A stretch of 51,836 nt of DNA. Origin: Myxococcota bacterium (lineage in GTDB: Bacteria; Myxococcota_A; UBA9042; PHBI01; JAWLBL01). Made by a program: the position numbers and the translations under genes. Location of the stretch: assembly GCA_041687695.1 (NCBI GenBank), contig JAWLBL010000023.1:1-51836 (forward strand), read 5' to 3'. Shown here in pieces: positions 9,041 through 18,731 of this stretch (within the stretch, counting starts at the first letter, position 1; each line of letters begins with the position of its first letter). Under the pieces are notes generated by a model. It saw only the letters and a list, made by a program, of their open reading frames with translations. It made no database searches and was not told where the DNA came from.

Positions 9041-11380
9041 CTAGACGTCGAGGTCGAGCCTGGCCTGGCGGGCGGGCACGGCGGCGGGGTCCGAAGTGAG
9101 GGCCTCGAGCAGCGGGCGGGCCGGCGAGTCGGCGACGAAGGCCGGGCTGCGGGCCGCGAGCTGCAGGAGGTCGGGCTCGCGGGCGAGGGCGGCGAGCTGG
9201 TGTTGGCGAGCCAGGCGAGCGTCGAGGTACCAGCCGGAGCCGAGGCGGAGGAGGAGGCCCTCGCGCTCGGCCTCTTCGAGGAGCTGGTAGCGGAGCGGGC
9301 GGAGCGCCGGGCCGTAGCGGGCGGCGAGGCGGGCGCCGAAGCGGGCCGGGGTCAGGACGGGCGGGGGCTCGGACTCGGGGCGCCAGAGGATGGGGGTGAA
9401 GGCGTCCCCGAGGGCAGCGCGCCAGAGGAAGTGGCCGCGCAGGCGCGAGCGCACCTCGGGGTGGGCGCGGCCGATGGCCCACAGCAGGGCCGGGCCGTGG
9501 GCGGCGGCGAGCGCGGCGAGGGTCGGGTGGGCCTGGGCGAGGCGCTCGGCGGTCGCGAGGTCGTCGACGGGGAGCTGCGCGTGGACGAGGGCCTGGATCT
9601 GGCCGAGGCGGGCGGGCTCGGGGAAGAGGCTCTCGACCGAGAAGTGGAGGCCGTCGCCGCAGGACAGCAGGGAGGCGGTCTGGCCGATCTGCGTGAGGAC
9701 GGAGCCCGGCTCGAAGCCGCCCTGCTCGGCGACGGCGTCGACCAGCTCGTGCGTGGAGAAGGGCTGGTCGAGCTCGGGGGCGATCTCGACGATCCAGTCG
9801 GCGATGGACTTGAAGCGCACCTGGTCGCCCTTCCACGCGACGTGGGTGCCGGCGCGGCGGCCGCGGACCCGGCCGGTGCGGACCAGCGCGTCGCGGAGCA
9901 TGTGGTCCGTCAGGCCCTCGGGGGCGCGGCCGCGCAGACGCAGGGTCTCGAGCAGGCGCTTGGCGCTGACGCCCTGGCCGGCGGCGTCCTCGACGAGCGG
10001 GAGCACCTCCTGGGCGGCTCGGTCGAGCGCCTCGCGGTCGAAGGGCAGATGATCGACGTGGATCCACAGCCCGTGGCTGTGGCTGACGACCTGCGGCGTG
10101 CGCGCGAAGATGCTGGTGGCGTTGCGCTTGGAGGGCTCGAGCTCCGGGTGGGACACGGCGACGCGGGCGGCCAGCTCCTCGGCCGACAGCGGACCGCCGG
10201 CGCGGTGGAGCGCGTGGACGTACGCCGCCATGACGCGACGGCGCGGCACCTCGGCGAGGTCACCATGGACGTCGATGCCGAGCCATCGATCGAGCAGGAC
10301 CGGGAGGTCGGCGGGATCGACGCGCAGGCCGGCCTCGGCCACGACGCGTTCGGGGCCCGACAGGCCGGGGCTCTCCTCGAGCGCCGCGCCGAGTCCGGCG
10401 CGCAGGGTACGGTAGAGCTGACGCAGCTCGTCGCCGCCGAACAGCGTGGCGACGGCGCCGTCGACGCGCGCCTCGAGGTCCGGGGCGAGGAGCAGGCCGA
10501 GGTCGAAGGCCCAGGGCGGCGGGTCGCCGAGCGCGGCGAAGAAGCGGGCCGCCGGGAGCACGCCGCCGGCCGCCTCGAGCAGGCGCAGGCCGGGCTCGAC
10601 GAGCTCGCGCGCGCGGGCGCCCCAGGCCGGACGATCCCGCGCGATGGCCTTGTCGATGATCTGCCGGACCCGCTCGCGGGTGACGTGGCGCGGGCCGGCG
10701 ATCGCCTCGAGGGTCTGGCCGTGGACGAGCTTGGCCTCGACCAGCGTCCGCACGTCGGGCTCGAGCTGGGCCAGATAGGCCCGCGCCAGAGCCTGCAGCG
10801 TAGCGGGCGCGGCGCCGCCGAACACCAGCCGCTCGCTGCCCTCGTCCCGCAGCCGCAGCAGGAGCGCCTCGAGCGCGGCGTGGGTCTTGCGGCCGTAGTT
10901 GCGCACGTTGGCGACATCGACGGCGGCCATCCACGTGCGGAGCGCTCGGATGGTGCGCAGGTCGTGCTCGTCGAGGACGTTCAGGGCACGGGTGGGGATG
11001 CGGCCGAGGGCGACCCGAGGGTCCAGTGGGTCCTCGGGCCAGGGCTCGAGCCGGGCCGGCGTCGTCTGGGCGGCTTCGGTCGCATAGCGGGGAGACAGGC
11101 CGGCCATGCGTCTGGCCGCGTTGACGAGCTCGCGCATGCGAGCGAGCTTGCTGCGGCCCACACCGCCGACCCCGACGAGGTCCTCGACCGAGAAGTCCAG
11201 CAGGTCGCGATAAACGCGTAGGCGCAGGCGTTCGAGCAGGGGGCCCATGGCGCGCGGCGGGTCGATCGCGTCGTCGAGGCGCGCGTCCGAGGGCGCGCCG
11301 GCGTCGGGGGCCGGCGGCGCGGTCGGAGGCACCCGTTCGAGGTCCGGCGGCCGCGGCGAGTCGGCGGTGGAACGCGTCAT
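9041..11380 (-). CDS. RNAP alpha-CTD-like / sigma70 region-4-like / multi-HTH protein
   Basis: TRALNVL...VRNYGRKT and VGGVGRSKL (alphaCTD-like HhH), TLEAIAGPRHVTRERVRQI (sigma region-4 HTH), downstream wHTH-like segments; RBS GGGAG before ATG 11380. Confidence 0.7.
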   Translation of the reverse strand: MTRSTADSPRPPDLERVPPTAPPAPDAGAPSDARLDDAIDPPRAMGPLLERLRLRVYRDLLDFSVEDLVGVGGVGRSKLARMRELVNAARRMAGLSPRYATEAAQTTPARLEPWPEDPLDPRVALGRIPTRALNVLDEHDLRTIRALRTWMAAVDVANVRNYGRKTHAALEALLLRLRDEGSERLVFGGAAPATLQALARAYLAQLEPDVRTLVEAKLVHGQTLEAIAGPRHVTRERVRQIIDKAIARDRPAWGARARELVEPGLRLLEAAGGVLPAARFFAALGDPPPWAFDLGLLLAPDLEARVDGAVATLFGGDELRQLYRTLRAGLGAALEESPGLSGPERVVAEAGLRVDPADLPVLLDRWLGIDVHGDLAEVPRRRVMAAYVHALHRAGGPLSAEELAARVAVSHPELEPSKRNATSIFARTPQVVSHSHGLWIHVDHLPFDREALDRAAQEVLPLVEDAAGQGVSAKRLLETLRLRGRAPEGLTDHMLRDALVRTGRVRGRRAGTHVAWKGDQVRFKSIADWIVEIAPELDQPFSTHELVDAVAEQGGFEPGSVLTQIGQTASLLSCGDGLHFSVESLFPEPARLGQIQALVHAQLPVDDLATAERLAQAHPTLAALAAAHGPALLWAIGRAHPEVRSRLRGHFLWRAALGDAFTPILWRPESEPPPVLTPARFGARLAARYGPALRPLRYQLLEEAEREGLLLRLGSGWYLDARLARQHQLAALAREPDLLQLAARSPAFVADSPARPLLEALTSDPAAVPARQARLDLDV

Positions 11381-11532
11381 GGTGGCTCCCGGGCAAGGGG
11401 ATGGGGCCCTCATGTCGCGTCCGGCGGTGTTGGTCAGGCCCCTTCGAGCCGGACGCGGCGACCCCTCGAAGCTCGGGGTGCAGGCGCGTGCTTGTCAAGT
11501 CGACCCCGGGCGCGCGGGCGGCGGGCGACGGC

Positions 11533-14484
11533 TCAGGGCGCCGGCGTGAACGCGTAGTTGAAGGTGTAGGTCGAGGCGAGCCCGTCGTTGGTGTCGATCC
11601 ACAGAGTATAGGTGCCTGGGGCGAGCAGCTCGGAGATCTTGGCGATGGAGGTGCCCGAGCCGCCCGCGGCGCAGGCGACCTGGGTCGACGGGTCGTCGCA
11701 GGACGTGCGCAGGTACAGGACCGCCGAGGACGCCAGGAGCTGGAGGTCGACCTGGGTGGGCTCGGTCAGGTGGATGGTCAGCGCGTGGTCGGGGCCGTAG
11801 CCGCCGCACCCGCCCGTGGCGTCGTTGCCGTCACCGACCAGGAAGCCCGTGAAGGAGCCGGACCCTGGCCACAGCTCGGTGGCCCCGGAGCAGCCGGCGC
11901 AGGCACCCGCGGGGGCCGAGGGGCCGCAGTCGGGCAGGCACTGGCAGGCGTCGCCGAAGCAGCCGGAGGTCTTGAAGTATCCCGGGGCGCAGGTGCCGCA
12001 GGTCTCGCCCGTGTAGCCCGCGTCGCAGACGCAGACCGCCTGGCCGCTGGACCCGTCGCAGTGCTGATGGGCCGGGCAGGTGATGCCCTGACAGATCGGG
12101 ACGCACACGTCGCCCTCGAGCGCGTGGCCGGACGCGCACTCGGCGCAGGTGGGGCCCGTCCAGGGAGGCTCGCAGGTGCACGACGGGGTGTCGTCGATGT
12201 CCTGGCAGGCGCCGTGGTCGGAGCACGACGGGGCGTCGGTGAAGCACCCCGGCGAGCCGTCGGAGGTCCCGGTGAAGCGGACGACGGCCATGTCTCCCCA
12301 GCCATGGCTGGTCATCGTGTCGTCGTTGAGGTCCACGGTCGCGCTGAAGTTGCCGGCCCACAGGACGTGCCCGGTCGGCGCGGCGGCGATGGCGCGGCCG
12401 TGGTCGGGGCCGCTGCCGCCGAAGCGGCGGACCCAGCCCGGGGTGCCGTCGGGGGCGAAGCGGGCGACCACGACGTCCTGGTTCTGTGTGTTGTCGACGG
12501 CGGCGTAGGGCAGGGCGACGCCCTCCCAGGTGGTCTTGGCGCCGTAGTCGCCGGTCACCAGGACGTTGCCGAGCGGGTCGATGGCCACGGCGCGCAGGGC
12601 GTCGGCGCCGGCCGAGCCGAGGTGCGAGCTCCACATGGTCGCGCCGTTGGGGCTGACCTTGAGCAAGAAGCCGTCGGTGCTGCCGCCCTGGTGGAGGTGG
12701 GTGCCCGGGCCGAGGTTGGTCGAGGCGCTCGTGGTCCCGACCACGTAGGCGTACCCGTCGGCGTCGACCGCGAGGCGGTGGCCCACGGCGGACGGCTTGG
12801 CCAGGTGCCACACGTACTTGCCGGCGGGGTCGTACTTGGCGACGAAGAGGCCGGGCCCGCCCTGCGCGGTGCCGGCGCCGGGGTCGAAGTCGACGAGGCT
12901 GCCGACCGAGCCGGTCACCAGCACGTTCCCCTTGGCGTCGACCGCGATGTCGTTGGCAGCGTCGTACTCGGGGCCGCCGAGGCCGAAGCTCCACTTGACG
13001 CCGCCGCCGCCGTCGAGGCGCGCGACGAAGGCGTTGCCCGCCAGGCCATACACGGCGCTGAGAGCGAACGCCTGCTCGTACACGCCGCTCAGGTAGAGGT
13101 CGCCCGCCCCGTCGATGGCGAGGCCGCGGCCCTCGTTGTCTCCGTCGCCCCCGAGCTTGATGGCCCAGACGTACTCGCCGTCGCTGGTGTAGCGGGCCAG
13201 GAACACGTCATAGCTGCTGTTGGTGTTGGACAGCTGGGCCTCGCCGATGGTGGTCGAGCCGTCGAACCAGCCGGTGAAGACGACGTCGCCGTTGGGGGCG
13301 AGGGCGAGGTCGGTCAGCTGCTCGGTCCACCCGCCGCCCAGGTCCTTGGCCCACAGCACCTGCCCGTCGGGGTCGATCTTGGCCAGCAGCACGTCGGTGA
13401 TGGCGTAGGGCAGCTCGAAGGCGCCGAGGGTCATCGGGCCGGTGAAGAACCCGCCGACCAGCGCCTCGCCGGCCGCGTTGACGGCGACGGCGGTGGCCCA
13501 GTCGTTGTGGCTGGCGCCGCCGGCGTGGACGTTCCAGAGGTAGTTGTCCAGCCACGGGAGCTGGCAGGCCGCGTCGTCGCCCGCGCACTCGAGGCCGAAG
13601 CCGCAGGCGACCGCCGGGCTCCACTCGAGGCAGGCGTCGGCGTCGTGGTGGCCGCAGGTCTGGACCGCGTCGCCCAGGCACTGGGTCTGGCCGTCCTGAG
13701 GGCACTCGTCCTCGCAGGGCGGCGGCGCGCAGGCGCCGGCCACGCAGATCTGGTCGCCCGGGCAGGCCGCCGGCGGGCCCCACGCGAGGCACGGGTCGGC
13801 GTCGTGAGGTCCGCAGGTCTGGACGGCGGCGGCGTCGGCGCACTGGGTGGCGCCGTCCACGCACTCGTCCTGGCAGTCGGGCACGCACTGGCCGCCCTGG
13901 CAGACGGTCGGCTCGGAGCACGGCTCGACGGGGCCCCAGGTCAGGCAGCCGGTCGAAGCGTCGGGGGCGCAGACGCGGACGCCCTCGCCAGCGCACTCGG
14001 TCGCGCCATCGGACGGACAGGCGTCGGTGCACGGGGCCACGTCCGCGGCGACGTCCGGGACGTCGTCGGCGTCGCCTTCGACCGCGGTGTCGTCCGTGGC
14101 GTCTTCGGCGGCGTCCGCCTCCGCGTCGGCGACCGCGTCTTCGGCGATGTCGTCGGGTACGTCTTCGAGGATGTCCGCTGCGACGTCTTTGGCGATTGCG
14201 TCGGGTGCGTTGTCGAGGATGTCCTGGGCGACGTCCTCGGCCGCGTCGGGGCCGCCGTCGGGCGTCTGCGCGTCGTCGGCCGTGTCCTCGACCGAGCCGT
14301 CGGGCGCGTCGTGCTCCGAGGTGCCGTCGGCGGCGTCGGGGGAGCTGTCGACCGACACGTCGTCACCGGACACGTCGCCCTTGCCGGTGTCGTCGGCGCC
14401 CGGCCCGGCCGCCTCGGTGCCGCAGGCCGCGAGGCCGAGCGCCAGGGCGAGCAACGCCCCGATGTGCCAGAACCGCATGGTCAT
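11533..14484 (-). CDS. Large surface lipoprotein: acidic linker, Cys-rich repeats, SBBP-like beta-propeller, EGF-like repeats, C-terminal beta-sandwich
   Basis: Lipobox LAAC; repeats AVDAxGNxxVxG...DVFxAKxxxDG; CxCxxGYTGxxC EGF motifs; C-terminal L.PGTYTLWID. Confidence 0.85.
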   Translation of the reverse strand: MTMRFWHIGALLALALGLAACGTEAAGPGADDTGKGDVSGDDVSVDSSPDAADGTSEHDAPDGSVEDTADDAQTPDGGPDAAEDVAQDILDNAPDAIAKDVAADILEDVPDDIAEDAVADAEADAAEDATDDTAVEGDADDVPDVAADVAPCTDACPSDGATECAGEGVRVCAPDASTGCLTWGPVEPCSEPTVCQGGQCVPDCQDECVDGATQCADAAAVQTCGPHDADPCLAWGPPAACPGDQICVAGACAPPPCEDECPQDGQTQCLGDAVQTCGHHDADACLEWSPAVACGFGLECAGDDAACQLPWLDNYLWNVHAGGASHNDWATAVAVNAAGEALVGGFFTGPMTLGAFELPYAITDVLLAKIDPDGQVLWAKDLGGGWTEQLTDLALAPNGDVVFTGWFDGSTTIGEAQLSNTNSSYDVFLARYTSDGEYVWAIKLGGDGDNEGRGLAIDGAGDLYLSGVYEQAFALSAVYGLAGNAFVARLDGGGGVKWSFGLGGPEYDAANDIAVDAKGNVLVTGSVGSLVDFDPGAGTAQGGPGLFVAKYDPAGKYVWHLAKPSAVGHRLAVDADGYAYVVGTTSASTNLGPGTHLHQGGSTDGFLLKVSPNGATMWSSHLGSAGADALRAVAIDPLGNVLVTGDYGAKTTWEGVALPYAAVDNTQNQDVVVARFAPDGTPGWVRRFGGSGPDHGRAIAAAPTGHVLWAGNFSATVDLNDDTMTSHGWGDMAVVRFTGTSDGSPGCFTDAPSCSDHGACQDIDDTPSCTCEPPWTGPTCAECASGHALEGDVCVPICQGITCPAHQHCDGSSGQAVCVCDAGYTGETCGTCAPGYFKTSGCFGDACQCLPDCGPSAPAGACAGCSGATELWPGSGSFTGFLVGDGNDATGGCGGYGPDHALTIHLTEPTQVDLQLLASSAVLYLRTSCDDPSTQVACAAGGSGTSIAKISELLAPGTYTLWIDTNDGLASTYTFNYAFTPAP

Positions 14485-14596
14485 CCCCCCCAAGCGCGTG
14501 GTTCGCTGGGCGGAGACTGCCCGGGCGTCGCTGGCGAGACAACCCCCGCCCGGGCGATGGCCCGAGGCGGTTCGTAACGCTGGCGTCCCGGCACGC

Positions 14597-14947
14597 TCAG
14601 ATCGAGGCGCCGTCGTACCACTGCGGCTCGACGCTGCGGACGTCGACGCCGTCGACGCAGCGGACGTTGACGGCGAACATCTTGTGGCCGTCGGCGTCCA
14701 GCCCCCAGCCGAACGGCTTGATGCCGCAGGTCTTGCAGAACTGGTGATGGATGTGCCGCTTGCCGAACTGGTAGTCGGTCAGCGCGTCCTCGCCGGAGAC
14801 GAGGCGGAAGGCGGCCTCGGGCACGAAGACGAGCAGCGTGCCGGCGCGGCCGCACATGCTGCAGTTGCAGGCCAGGGGCTGCTTCAGGTCGGACTCGACC
14901 TCGAACGAGACGGCGCCGCAATGGCAGCGGCCCTGATGGCTGGGCAT
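14597..14947 (-). CDS. GFA/CENP-V family zinc-binding protein
   Basis: GRCHCGAV, CNCSMC, FCKTCG motifs. Confidence 0.92.
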   Translation of the reverse strand: MPSHQGRCHCGAVSFEVESDLKQPLACNCSMCGRAGTLLVFVPEAAFRLVSGEDALTDYQFGKRHIHHQFCKTCGIKPFGWGLDADGHKMFAVNVRCVDGVDVRSVEPQWYDGASI

Positions 14948-15050
14948 GGTCACTCCAGGAGTGGCAGGGGGACGGTTGAGACGGTCAGGGAGCCTAGCGG
15001 CGCACTGAACGTTTGTCACCACAAAAGTGACCGGTGACGGTCGCCGCGCC

Positions 15051-16475
15051 TCAATCGTTCAGGGCGCCCGCGCCGATCCAGGCCTCGAGCTGCTGCATCT
15101 GGGCGGCGGTGAAGAAGGGGCCGCCCTTGGGCATCCGGCTCCCGAAGCACATGCCGACGCCCTTCAGCTTGGCGACCAGGTAGCTGGCGCCCGGGTCGCC
15201 CGGGACGACCAGCACCTCGTTCGAGCACTGGGTCGACGCGACGTTCACCAGCTCGGCCCAGGCGGTCGCGGCGCTGCCGAGGTTGAGGCCCGCGGAGGGC
15301 TTGGGGCCGTTGCCGTGGCAGCTGCCGGTGCACTCGGCCTGAAACAGCGGGTACACGTCGGCCGACCAGGACGGGCCATCGACGCACAGGCCCGCCTGGC
15401 AGCCCTGGCCCGCGCCGCAGGCGCCGCAGCTGCCGCCGCAGCCGTCGTCGCCGCACACCTTGCCCGCGCAGTCGGGCACGCACTCGCACTGGCCGGCGTC
15501 GGAGCAGACGCTGCCCGCCGGGCACGTCCCGCAGGCGCCGCCGCACCCGTCGGGCCCGCACTGGCGCCCGTCGCAGTCCGGCGCGCACACGCACTGGCCC
15601 GCCCCGTCGCACACCTGCCCGCCCGCGCAGGCGCCGCAGCTGCCGCCGCAGCCGTCATCGCCGCAGTCCATGCCCTCGCAGCTGCCCTCGCACGAGGCGA
15701 CGCACTGCCCCGTCGCCGTCTGGCACAGGAGCGCCCCCGGACACTGGCCGCAGCTGCCGCCGCAGCCGTCGGGTCCGCACGCCTTGCCGGCGCACCCCGG
15801 GACGCACGCGCACTGGCCGGCCGCGTCGCACGCCTGCCCCGCGTCGCAGGCCCCGCACGAGCCGCCGCACCCGTCGTCGCCGCACGCCTTGCCCTCGCAG
15901 GCCGGCTCGCAGACGCAGCCCCCGTCCACGCAGGCCGCGTTCTCCCCGCACGCCCCGCAGCTGCCCCCGCAGCCGTCGTCGCCGCACGCGCGCCCCTCGC
16001 AGTCGGGCGCGCAGGGCAGCGCGTCGAGGTAGGCCGCCAGCGCCTGCCGCTCGCAGTCGGACAGCGGGGCGCCGGGCGGCATCGTCTGCTCGACCACCGC
16101 GCGGACGTGGACCCTCTCGGCGTGGGCCACCAGCGCCGCCTCGTCGTCGAAGTCGACGCCCTCGGGGGCCCCCAGGCGGGCGGCCCCGCTCAGGGCCGCC
16201 GAGTGGCAGGGGAGGCAGGCGGCCTCGACGATCGGCGCGATGGCCGGGTAGTCCGCGCCCGGCGGGCATACGGCGTCGGGTTCCTCGAGGGTGTCGGCGC
16301 TGACGTCGGCGCTGGTGTCGGCGTGCGCGGCGTCTTTCGGATCGGTCACGTCCGCTGGGGTCGCGTCGGCGGTCGGGGCGGTGGCCTCGTCGCCGCAGCC
16401 GGCGGCGAGCGCGAGCAGGGCCGAGGCGGCGACGCGGGCGAGGGCGGACGGGCAGCGAGCGGGGAGTGCGGGCAT
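15051..16475 (-). CDS. Lipoprotein with two c-type cytochrome-like domains flanking Cys-rich repeats
   Basis: Lipobox AAGC; CLPCH...TMPP; about 6 CxPxCxGxxCGxDGCGGxCGxC repeats; CTGSCH...RMPKGG. Confidence 0.8.
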   Translation of the reverse strand: MPALPARCPSALARVAASALLALAAGCGDEATAPTADATPADVTDPKDAAHADTSADVSADTLEEPDAVCPPGADYPAIAPIVEAACLPCHSAALSGAARLGAPEGVDFDDEAALVAHAERVHVRAVVEQTMPPGAPLSDCERQALAAYLDALPCAPDCEGRACGDDGCGGSCGACGENAACVDGGCVCEPACEGKACGDDGCGGSCGACDAGQACDAAGQCACVPGCAGKACGPDGCGGSCGQCPGALLCQTATGQCVASCEGSCEGMDCGDDGCGGSCGACAGGQVCDGAGQCVCAPDCDGRQCGPDGCGGACGTCPAGSVCSDAGQCECVPDCAGKVCGDDGCGGSCGACGAGQGCQAGLCVDGPSWSADVYPLFQAECTGSCHGNGPKPSAGLNLGSAATAWAELVNVASTQCSNEVLVVPGDPGASYLVAKLKGVGMCFGSRMPKGGPFFTAAQMQQLEAWIGAGALND

Positions 16476-16659
16476 GGGCGCCTCGGGCCGAGGGGGCTCC
16501 GAGGATGCCAAGGACCGGTCCCGCGCTCAACGCGAGCCGGCGAACCTCCGCATCCGCCTGGGCTACGGCCGTCGACCCGAAGCCTGCACGTGCAGGGTCG
16601 ACAAGGCCGGTGCGGTTGCGCTACTTGCGCACGCCGAACGACTGGCGAGCGAGGTCTCG

Positions 16660-17454
16660 GTGAGCAAGCGTCTAGGGCTGTTGGCGGTGGCCGGCGTGAT
16701 GGCGGCCGGGTGTGACACGGTGCGCGAGGACGGGACCGGGACGCCGACGTCCCTGGCGGCCCTTCCGGGCCTGCAGGTCGAGGTGCAGGGCGGCCTGTTC
16801 CTGCTGGAGGAGCGCTGGAGGTTCACCGTGCACACCGCCTGGGAGGGCTCGGACGACGACGGCCTGGGCGTCGACTGTCTCAAGCACGCCGATGACCTCC
16901 AGGTCGCCTTCGGTCCACGCGCGCCCGCGGACCCGTGGTTCGGCGGCATCAGCGCCAGCAACGGCTTTGGCGCGACCAACGAGCGCTGCACCGGCGGGTC
17001 CTTCACCTTCGACGGCGTCGACCCCTTCGTCGACCTGACCGCCGAGACCCTGTCCTTCACTCTGACCGACACCTCCGGGACCGTCACCGTCGTGATGAAC
17101 AACCCCTTCCGCGACGCGCGCCGCTTCACGCCCGAGCTGCCCGACCCGGTCGAGGTGCCCGCGGGCGGGTCCTTCGTCATCCCGTGGCCCGCCGAGGGCG
17201 ACAGCCTCCGCCTGGACCACGACGGCGGCCTCGTCATGCTCCCCGAGCAGGGTTCTGGCAGCGTCGCCTTGCCCGCGACCCTCGACGCCGACGCCGGAGG
17301 CCTGGTGGTCGAGGTCCCCGCGGACGCTCCCATCGGCGACGGCACCTTCTCGGGGCCCTCCTTCCAGCCGGCCTTCCCCCGCTGCGACGCGCAGGCCTGC
17401 ACGGCCTACTTCGACTCGTTCTTCCACCACCCGATCCGCGTCACCGCGCCCTGA
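16660..17454 (+). CDS. Hypothetical lipoprotein
   Basis: GTG at 16660 after GAGG; signal with AAGC lipobox; GC3-rich codon usage. Confidence 0.65.
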   Translation: MSKRLGLLAVAGVMAAGCDTVREDGTGTPTSLAALPGLQVEVQGGLFLLEERWRFTVHTAWEGSDDDGLGVDCLKHADDLQVAFGPRAPADPWFGGISASNGFGATNERCTGGSFTFDGVDPFVDLTAETLSFTLTDTSGTVTVVMNNPFRDARRFTPELPDPVEVPAGGSFVIPWPAEGDSLRLDHDGGLVMLPEQGSGSVALPATLDADAGGLVVEVPADAPIGDGTFSGPSFQPAFPRCDAQACTAYFDSFFHHPIRVTAP

Positions 17455-17555
17455 GGCGCGGCCCGGCGCTTCAGGCCGGCGCGCAGTCGCGGTGCCGGCG
17501 GTCGAAGTCATACCTCGGGGATGGTGAACGGCGCGCCCCCGGTCCGACGGTGGGG

Positions 17556-17584
17556 TTGACACCGGACGCCGGCGGGGCTACCCG
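17556..17584 (+). promoter_or_regulatory. Possible sigma70-type promoter for arsR-ZIP operon
   Basis: Perfect TTGACA at 17556-17561 with a weak -10 (TACCCG) 17 bp downstream. Confidence 0.3.
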
Positions 17585-17605
17585 GAGCCCAGGAGACGAG
17601 GAACG

Positions 17606-17971
17606 ATGGACGACGCGGCTCTCATCCAGGTGCTCAAGGCGCTGGCCGACCCGACGCGGTTCCGCATCATGCGCGAGGTCGCGGCCGCCGGCGAGCTGAC
17701 GTGCGGCCAGGTCGGCGATCTCTTCACCCTGGCCCAACCCACCGTGTCGCACCACATCCACATCCTCATCGAGGTGGGGCTGCTGACGGTCCGGCGCGCC
17801 GGCCAGATGGGCTTCGTTTCGGTGAACCGCGCGACGCTGGCCTCCGTCCCCGAGCTGCTCTCCGATCGCCTGGTCGCCCCCGCCGAGGCGTCGCAGGGCG
17901 AGATCGCCGTCCCCGGCCTCGGCGAGGCGCCGACCTCCGACGCGGCCGACGAGGAGCCCCCGTCGGCCTGA
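17606..17971 (+). CDS. ArsR/SmtB family transcriptional regulator
   Basis: LKALADPTRFRI...LAQPTVSHHIHIL...GL motif. Confidence 0.92.
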   Translation: MDDAALIQVLKALADPTRFRIMREVAAAGELTCGQVGDLFTLAQPTVSHHIHILIEVGLLTVRRAGQMGFVSVNRATLASVPELLSDRLVAPAEASQGEIAVPGLGEAPTSDAADEEPPSA

Positions 17972-17990
17972 CGCGGGAAGGACACGCGAC

Positions 17991-18728
17991 ATGGAGACGC
18001 TGACCTGGATCGTGCTGGGCGGGTTGGCGATGAGCGCGCTCGCCCTGAGCGGCAGCCTCACGCTGCTCATGCGCGAGGCCACCCTGCAGCGGCTGCTGTT
18101 GCCGCTGGTCGCCTTCGCCGCCGGCTCGCTCATCGGCGGGGCGCTGTTCCACATGCTGCCGGCGTCCCTCGAGCAGCTGCCGCCCCGCGAGAGCGTTCTC
18201 TGGGTCGCCCTGGGCTTCTTGCTGTTCTTCGTGCTCGAGCAGTTCCTGCACTGGCACCACTGCCACCGCGCCGACGCCGACTGCCGCCGCCCGGTCACCT
18301 ACCTCATCCTGGTCGGCGACGCGCTCCACAACTTCCTGGGCGGCCTGGCCATCGGCGGCGTCTTCCTGGTCGACCTGCGCCTGGGCTTCGCCGCCTGGCT
18401 CGCCGCCGCCGCCCACGAGGTGCCGCAGGAGCTGGGCGACTTCGGCGTCCTGGTCCACGGAGGCTGGTCCAAGCGCTCGGCCCTGCTGTTCAACCTGCTG
18501 TCGGGCCTCACCTTCCTGGTGGGCGGCCTGGTGGCCTACGCGGCCTCGCTGTCCTTCGACATCGCCTGGCTGGTGCCTCTCGCGGCCGGCAACTTCCTGT
18601 ACATCGGCGCCTCGGATCTGGTGCCCGAGGTCAACAAGCCGCGCTCGCTGGCGACCAGCTTCGAGCACTTCGTCGCCTTCGCGGGTGGGCTGGGCCTGAT
18701 GTGGGGGGTCGCCGAGCTCCTCGGCTGA
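17991..18728 (+). CDS. ZIP family divalent metal transporter
   Basis: Multiple TM helices; HWHHCH loop; GDALHNFLGG and AHEVPQELGDF motifs. Confidence 0.92.
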   Translation: METLTWIVLGGLAMSALALSGSLTLLMREATLQRLLLPLVAFAAGSLIGGALFHMLPASLEQLPPRESVLWVALGFLLFFVLEQFLHWHHCHRADADCRRPVTYLILVGDALHNFLGGLAIGGVFLVDLRLGFAAWLAAAAHEVPQELGDFGVLVHGGWSKRSALLFNLLSGLTFLVGGLVAYAASLSFDIAWLVPLAAGNFLYIGASDLVPEVNKPRSLATSFEHFVAFAGGLGLMWGVAELLG

Positions 18729-18731
18729 CCC

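Noticed and set aside
11493..11498. TTGACA on the minus strand upstream of the alphaCTD-like gene
   Set aside because: No credible -10 element at the proper spacing
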